Assembly (NCBI GenBank): GCA_013265495.1
Contig: MU058337.1
Span: 4,086,880 to 4,150,879 of the forward strand
Direction of reading: 5' to 3'
Length of the DNA stretch: 64,000 nucleotides
DNA from: Vicugna vicugna
Lineage: Eukaryota
The notes beneath the pieces are model-generated. The model did not search any database and was not told where the DNA came from. It saw nothing but the letters and a program-made list of their open reading frames with translations. The first letter of the stretch is position 1. Each line of letters opens with the position of its first letter. The position numbers and the translations under genes are program-made. Positions 10,615 to 24,095 of the stretch are shown in pieces.

Positions 10615-13270
10615 GTAAGATATCTAAACCTCCAAATACTGCAATCGCATTGAATTCTTCTTCTCATAAGCCTGTGGTGTTGAGAATGCCCATGAGCTCC
10701 GCCACTGATCTAGGGTACAACGGAGGAATAAAAAGGACAAGGAGAAATGCATTTCCTCGCCTTCCTGAGCAGCCGCTTGGTGATGCGAATTTAGGGGTTC
10801 TGTTTTGTGCTGATGTCTTTAAATCTAACTCCATTAACTAGGAGTTGTATCATTGCCATTTATCTTTGGGAGAAAAGTCCAAGTTTTTCAAAAAAAGGAA
10901 TCCTATCCAAGCCATAAGAAGCAGCTCAGAAAGTTTTCCTTGTTAATATCAGGAAAAAAAACAAAAAAACTCTCTTTGTGGTGGTGAGGAGCTCTGAATG
11001 CAATTGTGAACTAAATTGTTTATTTAAACGGTAGCCCCAAGGATGAGACAATGACCAAACATAACCAGATTTTTTGAACAAGCTTTTTCTTGGTTTAAAG
11101 GCTAAGAAAGATGGTGTACATTTACTTCACTTCTATGAGCATTAAAGGAAAAGAAAAAAACAAACAACAGTGTTTTTAAAATTATGCTTACCCTTCTATA
11201 AAATAAGCAGAAAATGGTTTCCCCGCTTCCCACAGAATAATCTAAACTGCGGCGTTTGCCCAGTTCCTCCTGTGCCAGTCTGACCTAGCACTGGAGGAGA
11301 AAAAACTAATGGAGATAAGATGAAGCATTAATGTGGGAGACTGAGAATTTTAATGCTGCCACTCAAATAGACAAATGTCTTTTTTCCTTACCTCATTGCT
11401 CTTCATTTCCTGTGGAAGATAAGCATTTCTGGACACAGCCAGGTGTTGATGTCATGTGTGCTTGTTACATGCTGTCCAGTAGGCAATGGACTCTGTTAAT
11501 CACCAGCTACAAAACTCAGAAGAGAGATGTTCACGGTGTAGAAATGTAACCACAGCAGAAGGTGAAACTGGACTCCAGGCTGAGCCAGCATCTTGCGGGC
11601 CGTTGGGAGCCCACCACCTCATCCTGGCTGGTGCCGATTTCTTCAGAAGCTTTAGAAAAGCCTGCCAACAATACATCTTCACATTATATGCTTTTCACGT
11701 AAGGAAATCCTGTCTCTTCCTTGAAATAGATTTTTTTATTCCCAAGGAAGGTCCTGTGAGGAATAAGGATGGCCAGGGATGTTCAGGTTTAGTTAATCTG
11801 TGAACCATCATGTGGCAATAAGGTCTTCTTAGACTTCAGCTTGACCTGCACACAGGCACGCCGGTGAGAATTCTGCAAGCTAGGAGCTGGCTGAGGGGAG
11901 TGAACTGAATCGAATATAGGACTTTGACTCTCACTAAGCAGCTTTTACATAACATTTGTAACTTTTTAACGAAACCAAAGAGCCGTGTACCTCATTATCA
12001 TGCCACATGTGGAATCATTCCAGAAGACAGAAAAGCATGTGTGATGCTGGGTTGTTTGGCTGCTGAAACAGATTCGTTTCCATGGGCTAAAACTGGAAAA
12101 AAAAAAAAAAGCCCTCATCTAAAAGCTCTAAGTTACCTCTTCTGTGGTTTTATGGAAATCTGGAAATTTCTCTGGAAATAGGAGATGGTTATATTAACTT
12201 GCTTATCTCGCATAACAATTCCTGTGAGAAGTAAAAGTATTTATAAATAAGAACCAAAGGTAGAACTTGAGACCTTGGCAAGAGACAGCCAGCTGAGTCA
12301 GTGTATGTGACTGCATCAGAAAGTCAGAGTAAATCCTGCAGTGGAACGCACAGCATTGAAAATTTTTTATTTTCTTTCTAGAAAGTGTGGACTCATTGAT
12401 ATCCCTTGTCTTGTGAATAACATCAACACCTGTCTAGTCCGATGTAAATCCCACTTAATCTCCGAGACCTTCCTCACACAAGACCTATTTACTCTCCCAA
12501 TTCTAGACCTCTGTTGCGCTGTTTCCCAGCAGGGGGGATGCGAAACAAGAAGTGGGGGTGGGGGGCAAGGTGTTAGATGGGCAGGCCTGTGTCCCCTAGC
12601 AGCAAGTGGCCACAAGAGCCTGACCCCCAAGAGAAAAGACCAAAATGCTTCTGAAGTGAGAAAAGACAATTCACAAAACACAGGTGCCTCTGCATCGCAA
12701 ATTTTAGGGACAAACGGCTCTGAAAGAGCATTACCCAAAGACATCACTGTATTTCAGCTGAGCAGATAATAACATTTACCACAAAGCCCGTAATCATTGA
12801 AGAGAGGTCAGATTATGCCACTAGGGAGGACTGGGGACATTATGCATTGCATATGTTAGAGGAAAAATTTGAAGTATTTCTTTAAAGCAAACTAAGGGAG
12901 TAACACCTCAGCTATTAGGAAACAGTTTTGCAGCCCTTTTTCTATTCCTCTGGAGTGAGCACTGCAGTCTCATGATTAGTTAGATGCAATCCTATCTCTC
13001 CTTTATGTTTTCGATTCTGTCCTCTTGGAACGTTACCATCTCCGTTTCCACTTGAACTCTAGCAATGGCGGCCGAGATGTGACTGTTTATACCAACAGGT
13101 GTCTGCACCCGCTGAGCGGACAGCACACAACGCTGGCTAAACCACTCCATCTCCGTCTCGTTTTAACTCTCCTGGATGTGGTTCCTGGGAGAAACCAAAT
13201 CACCTCCCCTTCACCCTATCATCTCTTCCCAAGCTGGGAAACCAATGCATTTTGCAGTCTCTAGTGACTT

Positions 13271-13272
<2 letters not shown>

Positions 13273-13330
<58 letters not shown>
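13273..13330. repeat. (AC)n microsatellite, about 29 units, intron 1
   Basis: Uninterrupted AC run seen directly. Confidence 0.95.
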
Positions 13331-13333
<3 letters not shown>

Positions 13334-14069
13334 ACAAAATAACCGACCTTGCTAATTGAATCCTTGCTCACCGACATGCAGTGAGTGACACTTCAGCTCC
13401 CTCCTGGACCACTCGAGCCTAGAAAGTTGTCGTGGGAATCTGATCAGTGAACAGGCATTTTCACCTGACTTAGCTGTGCCGTGGCCCCATTATGCACAAA
13501 ATGTTTCAGGAAGAAACGCAGGTGATGGTTTCAGGTGACTTCTTGGTGGCCCAGCCCTGTGGGTCAGGGATCGCAGAGAACTCCCACCACCTGGTGTCCG
13601 CTCTATCCCCAGAGGCTCCTGATTTTTGAATCTCTCTTTGCCAACATTGGCCTCCGCCGCACGCACCACACGAGGGTTTTCCTTCTCGTTTTCCTTTCTT
13701 TGACTTCTTCTTTGGGGAGTCCCTGCCAATGCAGCCTTTCCTTCACTGCTCTGCCCTGTCTGCACTCCCTTTTTATTATTTTCCAGATTTAATAGTTTCT
13801 GGGTTTTCCTACCACATCCTTTGTTCTTCATCCAAATGCTGTTTCTTCATCTTCCAGCTTTGTGTTGACTGTTATTATAGCCGTTCAAGATCCCTGACCC
13901 TCCAGCCTATTGCAGATTCAAAGCAGTTCCTCTCATTTCAACATAAATGTCCAGATCCTCACTAATCTAAGAACTAATCCAATGCTATTTGGATTTCCCT
14001 TTATTTTCCCTCAGAGTAACCAAGCTATGTTTCTCTCTGTAGCATTACTTTTTATTTACTAGCTAACGT

Positions 14070-14290
14070 TTAGGAGGCACTGGTAAGAACCACACGCAGT
14101 GTAAGCATGCTACGTCTATTTTAATCCTCAGACTAATCCTCTAAGGTTAGGGCTGCTTTTCTGCAGTTGCTAGGTGAGAAAATTAAAGCTCTTAACCTTG
14201 ACGGAAGTCATAGTCAGTGCATGTCAGAGTCAGAATTAGAGCCCAAGACCTCTCCACTCATCTCTGTCCAGAGTCTTAACCTTGGCTCAA
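14070..14290 (-). mobile_element. MIR SINE
   Basis: tttaatcctcagactaatcctctaaggttagg...aggtgagaaaattaaagctc...gtcagagtcagaattagagcccaag. Confidence 0.6.
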
Positions 14291-15829
14291 CACTGTTTCT
14301 ATCACTTGTCACATCTCCACTTTCCAGCCCCACTAGACACGTTTCTTTCGATCTTTCAAATTTGATGTTTCACTTCTAATAGGGTTACAGTCTTCTGCAT
14401 TCCTCATCACTGCCTGGACCAAATTCCTCAACATTCACTAAATTCTCATTTATTGCTTTCTTTTAATTCCAAAAAGAAAAGGAAGGAAAAAATATTCTTC
14501 CTGGAAGTTAATAGAGCTAAGGCTCTATTAGAATTTAAACTAAGAGTTTTTTTTCTTTTCTTGTGTTTCCTCTTATTTCAATATAAATGCATGGTATAGT
14601 ATTTCTATTGGTGACACTTATGCTTCAGAGTTTTTTGGGGTTTTTTTAATATATAAAGTTATTTTTTTTCTTTTGCTAATTTATTCTCCTGTATTGATCC
14701 TTAAAATTATTTATCTGTGAATTGTGCTTCATCTCATTTTGAGTGGTTCCAGCCATCTGTACTCCCACCCCTTGGCTGTACCTCGTGATCCAGGTGACCC
14801 ACTAGATCTAAACCAGTCCCTTCTCCAACTCCAACTCCTGTCTTGTCCCTCCTCGTGGCCTTTGAGAAGCTAGTCTTGCCAAGTTCAAAACCAGGATATA
14901 ACTTCATAAATTATCTTAGCAATAAGACAAAATTTAAGCTTTCACAAGGAAATTGAAAAATAAACAAAATACAAGGAGAGAAACAGACGTTCTTCTAAAA
15001 GTTGCTTTCATGGTTTGAAGCAAATAATTCTTGGCCTTCTCTTCCCTGTGGTCCAGATCTGAACACTGTCCTTCTTCAACCCCTCCTGTCTTCTCCACTC
15101 AGGAACACATATTGGATGCATCAGAGTAATAGTGATTTTATTACGGGGATAACTTAAAAGCCATGCTAATTTATTTAGAAAAAATAAAAGATAAAAAAAG
15201 AAAATGGTGATGGAAGAGAGAATGGGTAAAGTCATTTGCAAACTCCAGTATTTTAACTATAAGTAGGACAAAGCACTGTTTGTAACAAATTAACTTATTA
15301 TTACTCTGTTTTTAGCTTCTACTGTGCACCCAAATTAAGTTAACCTATCCCCATAATAGGCTGAATGTCTTAGAAATGCTTTACATACATCTCTACCATT
15401 GATTATTTTTACACTATTTTAGCTCTACTATAGCAAGTATTTTTATCTGGATTCTTTAAACAGATTTTAAATGAGGTCATTCTGGTTTTTTGGGGTTTTT
15501 CTTTAATGATACTTAGGGAAGTTAAGCCCTTTGATAAACATTGCCCCATCCTTTATTTTACCAAAATTGTGCTTAGTTAGATACACTGAAATGAAATTCC
15601 TCACCTCCAGAGTTTTCCTTAGCAATGTGTAGGGTGGTTGTTTTTATTGTTGTGGGGTGGGGGGTGCGAGTAGGTGGTGTAAATAATTTAATCTTTTCCT
15701 TCAAGCTCACGTAAAATACCTTTAAGGAGTGACTAGGCTGATCATCTGTCTCAGTGCTACAGCTATTAGAGAAAGAGCCTTTCAGAAAAATCTCTCTAGT
15801 TTCCTGATGCTGTGTTATTCTGGAGCACA

Positions 15830-15873
15830 TCACACACACACAGACTCACACACACACACACACACACACACAC
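15830..15873. repeat. Interrupted (CA)n microsatellite
   Basis: Seen directly. Confidence 0.9.
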
Positions 15874-16911
15874 GGTGGCTGGGTAGATAATACCGTAACT
15901 GGCTTTTAGTGAGCGCCTTGCCTTATTCTAAGTATTGGACTCCTTGGGTCACTCGGTCCTCTCAGCCTGTGAGGTGGCCGTGATTTCTCAGATGAGGAAA
16001 CTGGCAAAGAGAAATCAGATAAATCACCAGAGTCACGTAGATGGCTTCCAAGCCAAGCAGTGTCTGGCCCAGTCATTTAAGGTCTCTGTTCCCCAGGAAG
16101 AGAAAGTGGCTCTGTGCCCAGGGCACTTTGCAGGGACCAGAGGACTCACTATCCAGAAACCTGTCTTCCATCTGCTGTGGCAGGGCTGAAAATAGCATCG
16201 TTCCATGTGAAGTCCTCCACGCTGGGAGCCGAAGTCCACCTACCCAGCCAGGTCTGCCCTATAAAACTGCTGCTCTCAGGAGGAATGCCACCAGGCCCTG
16301 ATTCTTCTGAGCACCATTTGCAAAATTCCTGAGCAGAAATAGAACCCAGGCCCACCCTGCCTGTTTGCATGTTTTCTTGTTTTTTGTTTTTAACCTTTTC
16401 TCAAGCTACGGGTGTTTGGGGAATAATGTGTCTGCTTTAACGAGAGACGCCGAGGCTTCTTCCCTTGGACGTACTTTCTCCCCCAAGGGCCATGGAGGCC
16501 TGTCTCACCCCAAGCCGGACAGACGCAGCAAAGCCCGTGAAGTATCGGCCAGTGTGACTGTGTTTGCTGGTCTCTGATTGGAGGCATGAAGGGTGGCATG
16601 TCCGAGCACCTGTGCCTTGTGTAATAATGAGTTTAAACAGTCATGAGATATCTTCTCCGATCCTTGAGAACCAACGCAGAGGGAAGGATGACACAAGACA
16701 AAATAGAAAGACACCAAATACTGATCTCATCATCCCGCCCCACGCAGGGCGCTGCCCAGACCGGGGCACCTGTGTGCTTCTGTCCATCAGACCGAATGGT
16801 GTTGCTGGTTGAGAGAGTCTTTTGCACGACTTTCTAATCGTGCACTGAAAACTGAAACCACTCTCCCCAAGAAAGCCGAGGTGGCCTGCCAACCTGCCCA
16901 TTTCTTTTCAG

Positions 16912-17030
16912 CATCAGCATGACCACGTGCTCCACGCTGCTCGCCCTGGGGATGATGCCGCTGTGCCTCCTAATCTACACCAAGATGTGGGTGGACTCCG
17001 GGGACATCGTCATTCCCTACGATAGCATAG
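16912..17030 (+). CDS. SLC10A2: SLC10A2 exon 2
   Basis: Acceptor tttcttttcag|C, donor TAG|gtgagt; 119 nt. Encodes (S)[39 protein letters not shown](G), including the SLC10 signature ALGMMPL. Phase matches exon 1. Confidence 0.98.
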
Positions 17031-19149
17031 GTGAGTCATTCCTGCCCCTGGCTTCTAAGCATCGCCGCCCTCCTCTCTGCTCGTCCCTGCCCAGCTCTCA
17101 GGCCAGGCTCAGACCCAGCAAGCCTTTACCTCTCACACCAGCAGTAGTTCGTGCCCCATTTGGCTTTCAGGACAAGTCTCGCCTGTATTTGAGTGAGGGC
17201 TGGCAGACTCTGAAATTCAAACCTTGACCCCATGGGAGAACCGGTTTCGTCCTCCACTGAAAGCACCAGGGAGACAGAGCAACGGAAGGGACCTCTGGGC
17301 ACAGCCATCTGGACCTTAGGAGGTGGGAGTCTCTGGAGGCTCCATCCTTCCCTTAACGCAGAGCACAACTAGTCTAGGGGGGACACAAGTTTGCTCCTGA
17401 ACACTCAAATTGAAGAAAGACAAAAACCATCTCGCTAATGATTTTAAAATAGGGCACCCGGTAAGCAGTGATGACTGTGGCAACAGGAGACCTCCAGATG
17501 AAACACCCTGTTTATGACACTCTTGACTCAGAAGTCGATCTGCTGGTGCAGCCTGTGATCATGTCCTGGGAGTCAGAAGTGCTGGTTATAACTCTATCTC
17601 CACTCATCTCAGCTCCCAGATGGCCACCCCCACCCCAAAAGGGCTCTTTTCTATTTCTGGCAGAACAAACGAGGGTAGGAGATTAAGTCACTGGTGTAAC
17701 ATGGGGTCAAGGACAGGACAAGCTAGTTCCTGGTCTGCCGAAACCCCTGTGATCACCAAAGGTGAGAGGTAGGTGAACTAGTACGTGGTACCATCACCAG
17801 GTACAGGACACGCTAGGTCGTCTTTTTCCCAAGGCTAACCTTAGAGACACGTGTCTTCTCGGGGGGCTGTGCTGCAGGTGTCCCGTGGAAGGGAACACGT
17901 GAGCAAAGACTAAATGATGACTCAGAAAGATGTTTGTGAAAGGATTCCTGTTGGTGTGGGAAGCTGGACTGGATGGCATCTCAAATCACTTCCATTTCTA
18001 AGAAGGATTGTTTCTGTGATAAAAACATGCATCAGGATCTACACAACTGAATCAGAACAGACAAGGGAACCTTCCTCGGGGACAATCGGTGCTGCAGTAT
18101 TTTCAGATAGTCTCTCCTCTCTCTACGCCTACCATCGCCATTAGACACGCCCCCTCCTCCAAAAAAGTGGTCCTTCTTGGCACACCTTGTTCAGTACGGG
18201 ATTTCCCCTCACAAGGTCCTTCTACAGACCCCAGGGAACTCCATATCAGAAATCATCTCATGCAAGCAGATTATGAGGCGACCCTGGGCAACCACCTTGC
18301 CTGTGCCTCAAGCTGCTTAACTCTCAGTCTGCTCCCTTGGAGGACGCTCTCCTTCAAGTTAAAGGGTGCAGTTTGCTTGAGGAGTGTTTATTTTAGGCCT
18401 CTCAAAGTTGTTTGCTGAATGAGGAGTTTTAACTCTATATTACTTATTGTTTAAGAAAAAAAGTTAAACCTTCAAATAGCCTCCTCTGGATATTCATTCC
18501 CTCCTAGAAAATGCCCCAAAGCAGTATTGAGAAATTCTAACTACAGTGTGAATGACTGATAACACATCCTTTAACATGAATAAATTTTGAAAAGAAGAGA
18601 ATGAGAAAGAGTAATTAGTACCTCAAAGGAGGAAAAGATCATCATGCAAGAGTTTAAGGACAAAAAGAAAAGAAAACAGAAAACAGAAAGGGAGAGAAAT
18701 GAGGAAGAGATAAGACATTTTTGAATGAAAGGTTGAAAAGCAAAGATATTAACTCTGCTTAACTCACCATTTTGCCCAGGGCCTATTTTCCTACCTAACC
18801 TTCTCACTATTGGTTTTCCTAGTCCTTTAATGTAGAAAAAAAAAACCTGATTCATTCACAAGATGTTTTTCACTGAGGAAGTTAAGGCTCAGGGTAAGGG
18901 TTGAATTTGTCCAAGATGAACAGGGAGCCGGAAATAGCCCTCTAGTCTGCTCTCCACTCAGCTCCGGGGGCAGGGCTGTTTGGCACAGTTTCCATACAGT
19001 GCACACCATGTTCAGGTGATTCAATAAACAGCCGCTGAGCCCCCTCAGATGATGACATCTGGACAGAGGAGCAGGCAGCTTACACAGCTGGTACCACTGA
19101 ATACACCGCAGCAAGTTGCTGTTCTTCTCTTCCCCACTCTGCCGTTGAG

Positions 19150-19340
19150 TGTGTCTAGGACCACGAATTGTGTATCCACGTCACCATCTGACTCCCACAA
19201 CAGCACCATGAGGGAGACATCTTTCTGCCCATTTCACAAATGGGGAAAGCAAGGCTCAGAGGCATCAATAATCCTCACAATTCTCACACTTTGTGAATCA
19301 GGTCCAGCTCCGAGTCTGTCCGGCTCTGAGTTGCACCGTG
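19150..19340 (-). mobile_element. MIR SINE
   Basis: cccacaacagcaccatgagg...gcccatttcacaaatggggaaagcaaggctcagagg (MIR core). Confidence 0.6.
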
Positions 19341-21179
19341 TGACTCCCTTTCCCACTCTTTCCTTCTCTCTTTTCTTTCTACCTTTCTTCCCACCTGTAT
19401 ATATTCTTTGTAAACTTGATTAAAGACCAAGTTGTGGTGCTCAAATTGTGGAAACTCTAAGCAGATGCTTTCTCATCTAAATAGACAGGCACCTGCCACA
19501 GAGAGTGCAGGCAGATCTCTAGCCCACTCGGGAGTAAAGAATCACCACAACCCACCTCTTCAGGCAGAAGCCACACACTCTGAGGGTGATGAAGGGCAAA
19601 GAGTGTCTTTTCCAGTCAGCATCGTGTCCCAGAAAGACTATCTGGTCTCATCTGGTCAAGAGAGGAAATACAATTCCACCATGGATTTCAACAGCCAGTC
19701 CTGCTGGTGTGTTTATCCTGTAGCCTTGGGCTGCCCCAAAGAGATAAAGACTCCTGGCAAAGAGGGGCCAAACACGAAACTGAGCTGACTTTCCACAGCT
19801 CCAATACATTACAAATACACTACCAAAACCTAAGCACGCTCACAGTCCAGTCTCAGTGTTGGTACCCAGATTTAAGCGGCCACAGTACAACAAATCTGTA
19901 TCAAGATGGTTTTCATTTAAGGACTACAAACTTCACAATTTGGAGAACAGGCTGGAGACCCAGGGGAAAAATTCTCCTCTCAAAGTAGCAGGAGGTAAGA
20001 ATACCCAAAGGGGGTTATTCTGGGGGCTCTTATGAGTACATCCATCCATGTCCTTATTTCACATCCTTTATTCCACCATTTTCTCCTCACCTTTTCCTCC
20101 CTGATCTTTCTTTTTCTTCTTCCTCTTGGTATCTTAACTATTACTTAATCTCATTGAGTAATTTCTGGGAAAAAGTAATTGCTGACCGTATCTTGCCAGG
20201 AGGGCCAGAGGCTACAAAGACGTTATGTTTTCATCACTATTATATTCATTTTAAATTGATATTTATGGCCCTGGAATCTGGAATCCATTTCCCAGTCCTA
20301 GTGCAATCTACTCCAATACCAAGCAACATCCACTCTCAGAATTTCATTATTCAATTCCACTTTCTCCTACTGCTTTAAAAGGATATTTGACAAAGAAACA
20401 GCCCATGAGAAGTTAGAAGTTGTTGGTGCTGTGTTACACAAAAGCAGCAATTGGACAAATGAGTGTTAAATAATATGGAGAAACAAACCACATGTCATGA
20501 GAACAGCAGTAAATTTAACACAGTGAAACTGAAGTATGACTCTTTCATCTGGCTGGGTGAGCTCATTCCTGCAAAGAATTATAATTACTCGAGAGGTCGC
20601 CAAATATTTTATCTCACGGAAAATTTAAAGCATGCTTTTTCAACCTTTTCTCCCACCTCTCTGCTGCAGATTTAAATAACCCAACTCAATCTTAACCAGA
20701 AGTCATTAGCCCACAGAATGCCTGGAGAATTTTGAACTTTTTTCTTTTTTTTCTACTACCATGAAGTAACAGACAGATGTAAAATACCGTCTTTCTTTAT
20801 ACACCACCGGAGCACAGACACACACAGAGACTTTGGAAACGTATGATCCCAAGACCAGAGAAGCCAAGCTTCTGACAAATCGAAACTAAAAGAGACTGAC
20901 TGGTAGAATAAGGATTCTTCTAAAAAAATTAATCCAGGATTTAGGGAAAGGATTTATATCATCAACATTATCAATTTTCCAGCAGCAATATTGAATTATT
21001 TACTGGAGTAGGTAAAGAAGTAGAGTTGGGGTTGGGGGTTGTTGTTTGTTTTTTGAATTCTGTTTCATGTATTTAAGAAGAGAGACAGAGCTACGACCTA
21101 AACCTTCTGCGGGCTGTTTTGCTTTCCTCTTCCCTGTGCTATGTGTTCTGTTGATCAGATTGCTCTCTGTCACTTTTAG

Positions 21180-21268
21180 GTACGTCTTTGGTCGCTCTGG
21201 TTGTTCCTGTTTCCGTTGGAATATTTGTTAATCACAAATGGCCCGATAAAGCCAAGATCATACTCAGG
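21180..21268 (+). CDS. SLC10A2: SLC10A2 exon 3
   Basis: Acceptor cacttttag|G, donor AGG|gtaggt; 89 nt. Encodes [30 protein letters not shown]. Confidence 0.97.
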
Positions 21269-21656
21269 GTAGGTGTCCCCAGTCATAGCATAGCATCGTC
21301 ACATGCTCCGCAGTGTCCGCGCGTAAACGGTGGGTCTCTCCATCTACTGGACCGGGTTTTTCACATTGGATGATAATGCCCCATCTAGGGCGGCTTAAAG
21401 TTATCAGACACGCAGCTCACTCTTCTAGAGCACCCTCCTCTGTCCCATCCTCAGAGCAAGTTTCTATCCACCCTTGGAGAGCCCGAATTCAAGGGCAGGA
21501 TTTTTTACCCTGCACACCCACAGCACTTTGCTTTTATCCCTGTTATGTGGGTTTGTATTCCAAAATATATCTAGACAGCTGTCTTAGAAAATAGGTCATA
21601 TCTTTCTTATCTCTGTATCCATATGGCCAATTCAGTGCCCGGCAATTGGTAGATTT

Positions 21657-21800
21657 TATATATATGTGTATGTATACACACACACACATACACACATACA
21701 TGTGAATACATATATACACACACATATTTATAGATATAGAATTATATATAACTATATATAATAATATATATAACTGCATTTATATAAATGATGATATATG
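21657..21800. repeat. TA/CA low-complexity tract, intron 3
   Basis: Degenerate alternating purine-pyrimidine run. Confidence 0.85.
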
Positions 21801-22465
21801 TAATTAGTAACCATTCATTCCCTTTTATCAACTGTATCCTTGCCAGATGAGATGGAGATGGATAATATAGATAGGTTTCAGAAGGCAAAATAAGCCACTT
21901 GGTGTTCTTTGTCTCTTTGACAAAAAAAAAAAGTTATAAATCTCTAATTCTTTTTAATGTCAAAAGGGGAAAAAGATAACAGTGGCTTTGGCTTGCCTGT
22001 GCCTTTTTACCTTTTATAGGGTTTTATCTCCATTTTCTCACCATTATAATCATAAAAGGTGGCTAAGGCAAGATTTCATCCTCAATTACAGACGAAAAAT
22101 CAAAGATTCAGAGAGGTTTTGTGACTTACCGAAGGAAGGAGGGCAGGAGGAGTTGAATCTGGCAGCCACGTCTTCTTGGAGTGGGTTTTCTTCCTTTCTG
22201 ACAAGGATAATTTTGAGCTAGAATATCTTCTTCAGGTTAACTGAGTACAGCCCCTCCATGTCCTGTTAATTTTCTTAAAAATTGAAACGTGGGACAAGCA
22301 CCAGCGTTTCCAGTGGGTCTACCCTGGCGTCAGGCACGGGGTACACAGGGAGGTCACTAATCATCACTTCCCCAGAGGGAAGGAGATGCTTAGACTTCTT
22401 CTCCTACAAGAATCTTTGCATTTGCTTTGACATGCGATTGTTGCATCTGCTTGTCTTCCTTCTAG

Positions 22466-22641
22466 ATCGGGTCCATCACAGGCATCATTCTGATCGTGCT
22501 CATAGCCGTGGTCGGAGGCTTCCTGTACCAGAGTGCCTGGATCATCTCGCCCAAACTCTGGGTTATAGGAATCATATTTCCCTTCGCCGGTTACTCCCTG
22601 GGCTTTCTTCTGGCTAGAATAGCTGGCCAGCCCTGGAACAG
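22466..22641 (+). CDS. SLC10A2: SLC10A2 exon 4
   Basis: Acceptor cttccttctag|A, donor CAG|gtatgg; 176 nt. Encodes [58 protein letters not shown](R). Confidence 0.98.
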
Positions 22642-22691
22642 GTATGGTGTTTTGGTAAATCAGACGAGGAACTTCCTTCTGTAATCGCTGC

Positions 22692-23076
22692 TGTGTTCGT
22701 TTGCTGCTGTTATGAAGTACCACCAACTGAGTGGCTTGAGCAGTTCTGGAGTCTTGATGTCCAAGGTCAATGTCAATATGACTGATCCTTTCTGAGGGAC
22801 GAAGGGCCATGTGCTCCAGGTCTCTCTCCTTGGCCGGTGGAAAGCCATCTCCTCTCTATTTCTCTTCACATCGCCCTCCTTCTATGCAAGTCTCTGTGTC
22901 CAAGTTTTCCCTTTTCAGAAGGACGCGAGTCATATTGAATCAGCGTATGTCCACCACACCTTGTCCTAACTAATTAGACCTTCAGTGACCCTATGTCCAA
23001 ATAAGGCACATTCTCAGGCGCTGGGGGTTAGGATTTCAGCGTGTGCATTTGAGAAGATCCAGTTCAGCCCATAATC
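22692..23076 (-). mobile_element. MaLR solo LTR (MLT1-like), 50 nt downstream of exon 4
   Basis: tgtgttcgtttgctgctgttatgaagtaccaccaactgagtggcttga...ggggttaggatttcagc...ttcagcccataa. The flanks share taatcgctg (22682-22690 and 23072-23080). Confidence 0.85.
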
Positions 23077-23889
23077 GCTGTAAACACTGAGGACAAATTC
23101 ACAATTCTTCACCTGTAATAACGTTCACTCTGTTTCTGAATACATCATTATAAATAGACTCATTCATTCCTGAAAGATGCAAGTCCTCTGGAAAGAAAAT
23201 ATGGACTGCCTCTTTCTTGTTCAAATTCTCCTGGCCCTTCCTCCTGGGTAGTACAGGTTGGGCTCCTCTGTGCTCATTTGTCCTTAATTCTCCAAGCAGA
23301 GTGACTCCAGCCAGAGCTGAATTCAGGTTGGTCCTGTAATATACAAGGATTCCTCCAGCCAGAAACAGGACGCACTCACAATCCAAAAAGTTCTGAAGAG
23401 CAGAACTTGTTTTAGCGTGTACGGGCTTGGGACAGGGTGAAGGCGTTCCTGCTTCTAGCATGTTGGAATCAGTAGGCAGAGGGAAAATCAGGTGTAGGAG
23501 CTGGTGCACGTGTGAGGTTGGGGACAAGATGAGAGGCGCAGGCCGGTGGGAAGGGTGTGGCTGAGTCAGGCTGACTGGGGTTGGCACTGGGACCCACCAC
23601 TCACCCACTGTAGGACCCAGGCCAGGCTCTTTCTCTTTCTCTGATTTTCCTCATCTGTAGAATGGGGACAATGATAACTACTCTGCAGATTTTTGATCAA
23701 GATTTAATCAGAAGAACAAAACCAATTTAACAATAAAACAATAGCAAATACTCTATTTTGAGTGTTTTCTCAGCCCCTGCTCTGCTCTGCACTGATGCCA
23801 AGGACCTAATTGAACAAAGTGAAATCATCCCCCTCTGCTGTTTATGGAACATTAACATAAATGAGCCTCTCCTTTCAGAGTTCTTAAAA

Positions 23890-24095
23890 TTTATATATAT
23901 ATATATATGTATCTGCTTTTAATGCATAATTTTATTTTATAAATAGATATATAAATTTATTCAATATTATATTGAATAATTATATATTACTTATTAATAA
24001 ATATTATCCAATATATTAAATATAACATACATACATATGTGTGTATGTATATATATATATATATATATATACATAGTTATGCATATAGACATAGA
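23890..24095. repeat. AT-rich / (TA)n low-complexity tract, intron 4
   Basis: Seen directly. Confidence 0.85.

Noticed and set aside
23099..23608. 169-aa minus-strand ORF in intron 4
   Set aside because: Non-ATG start, compositionally biased, no family resemblance.
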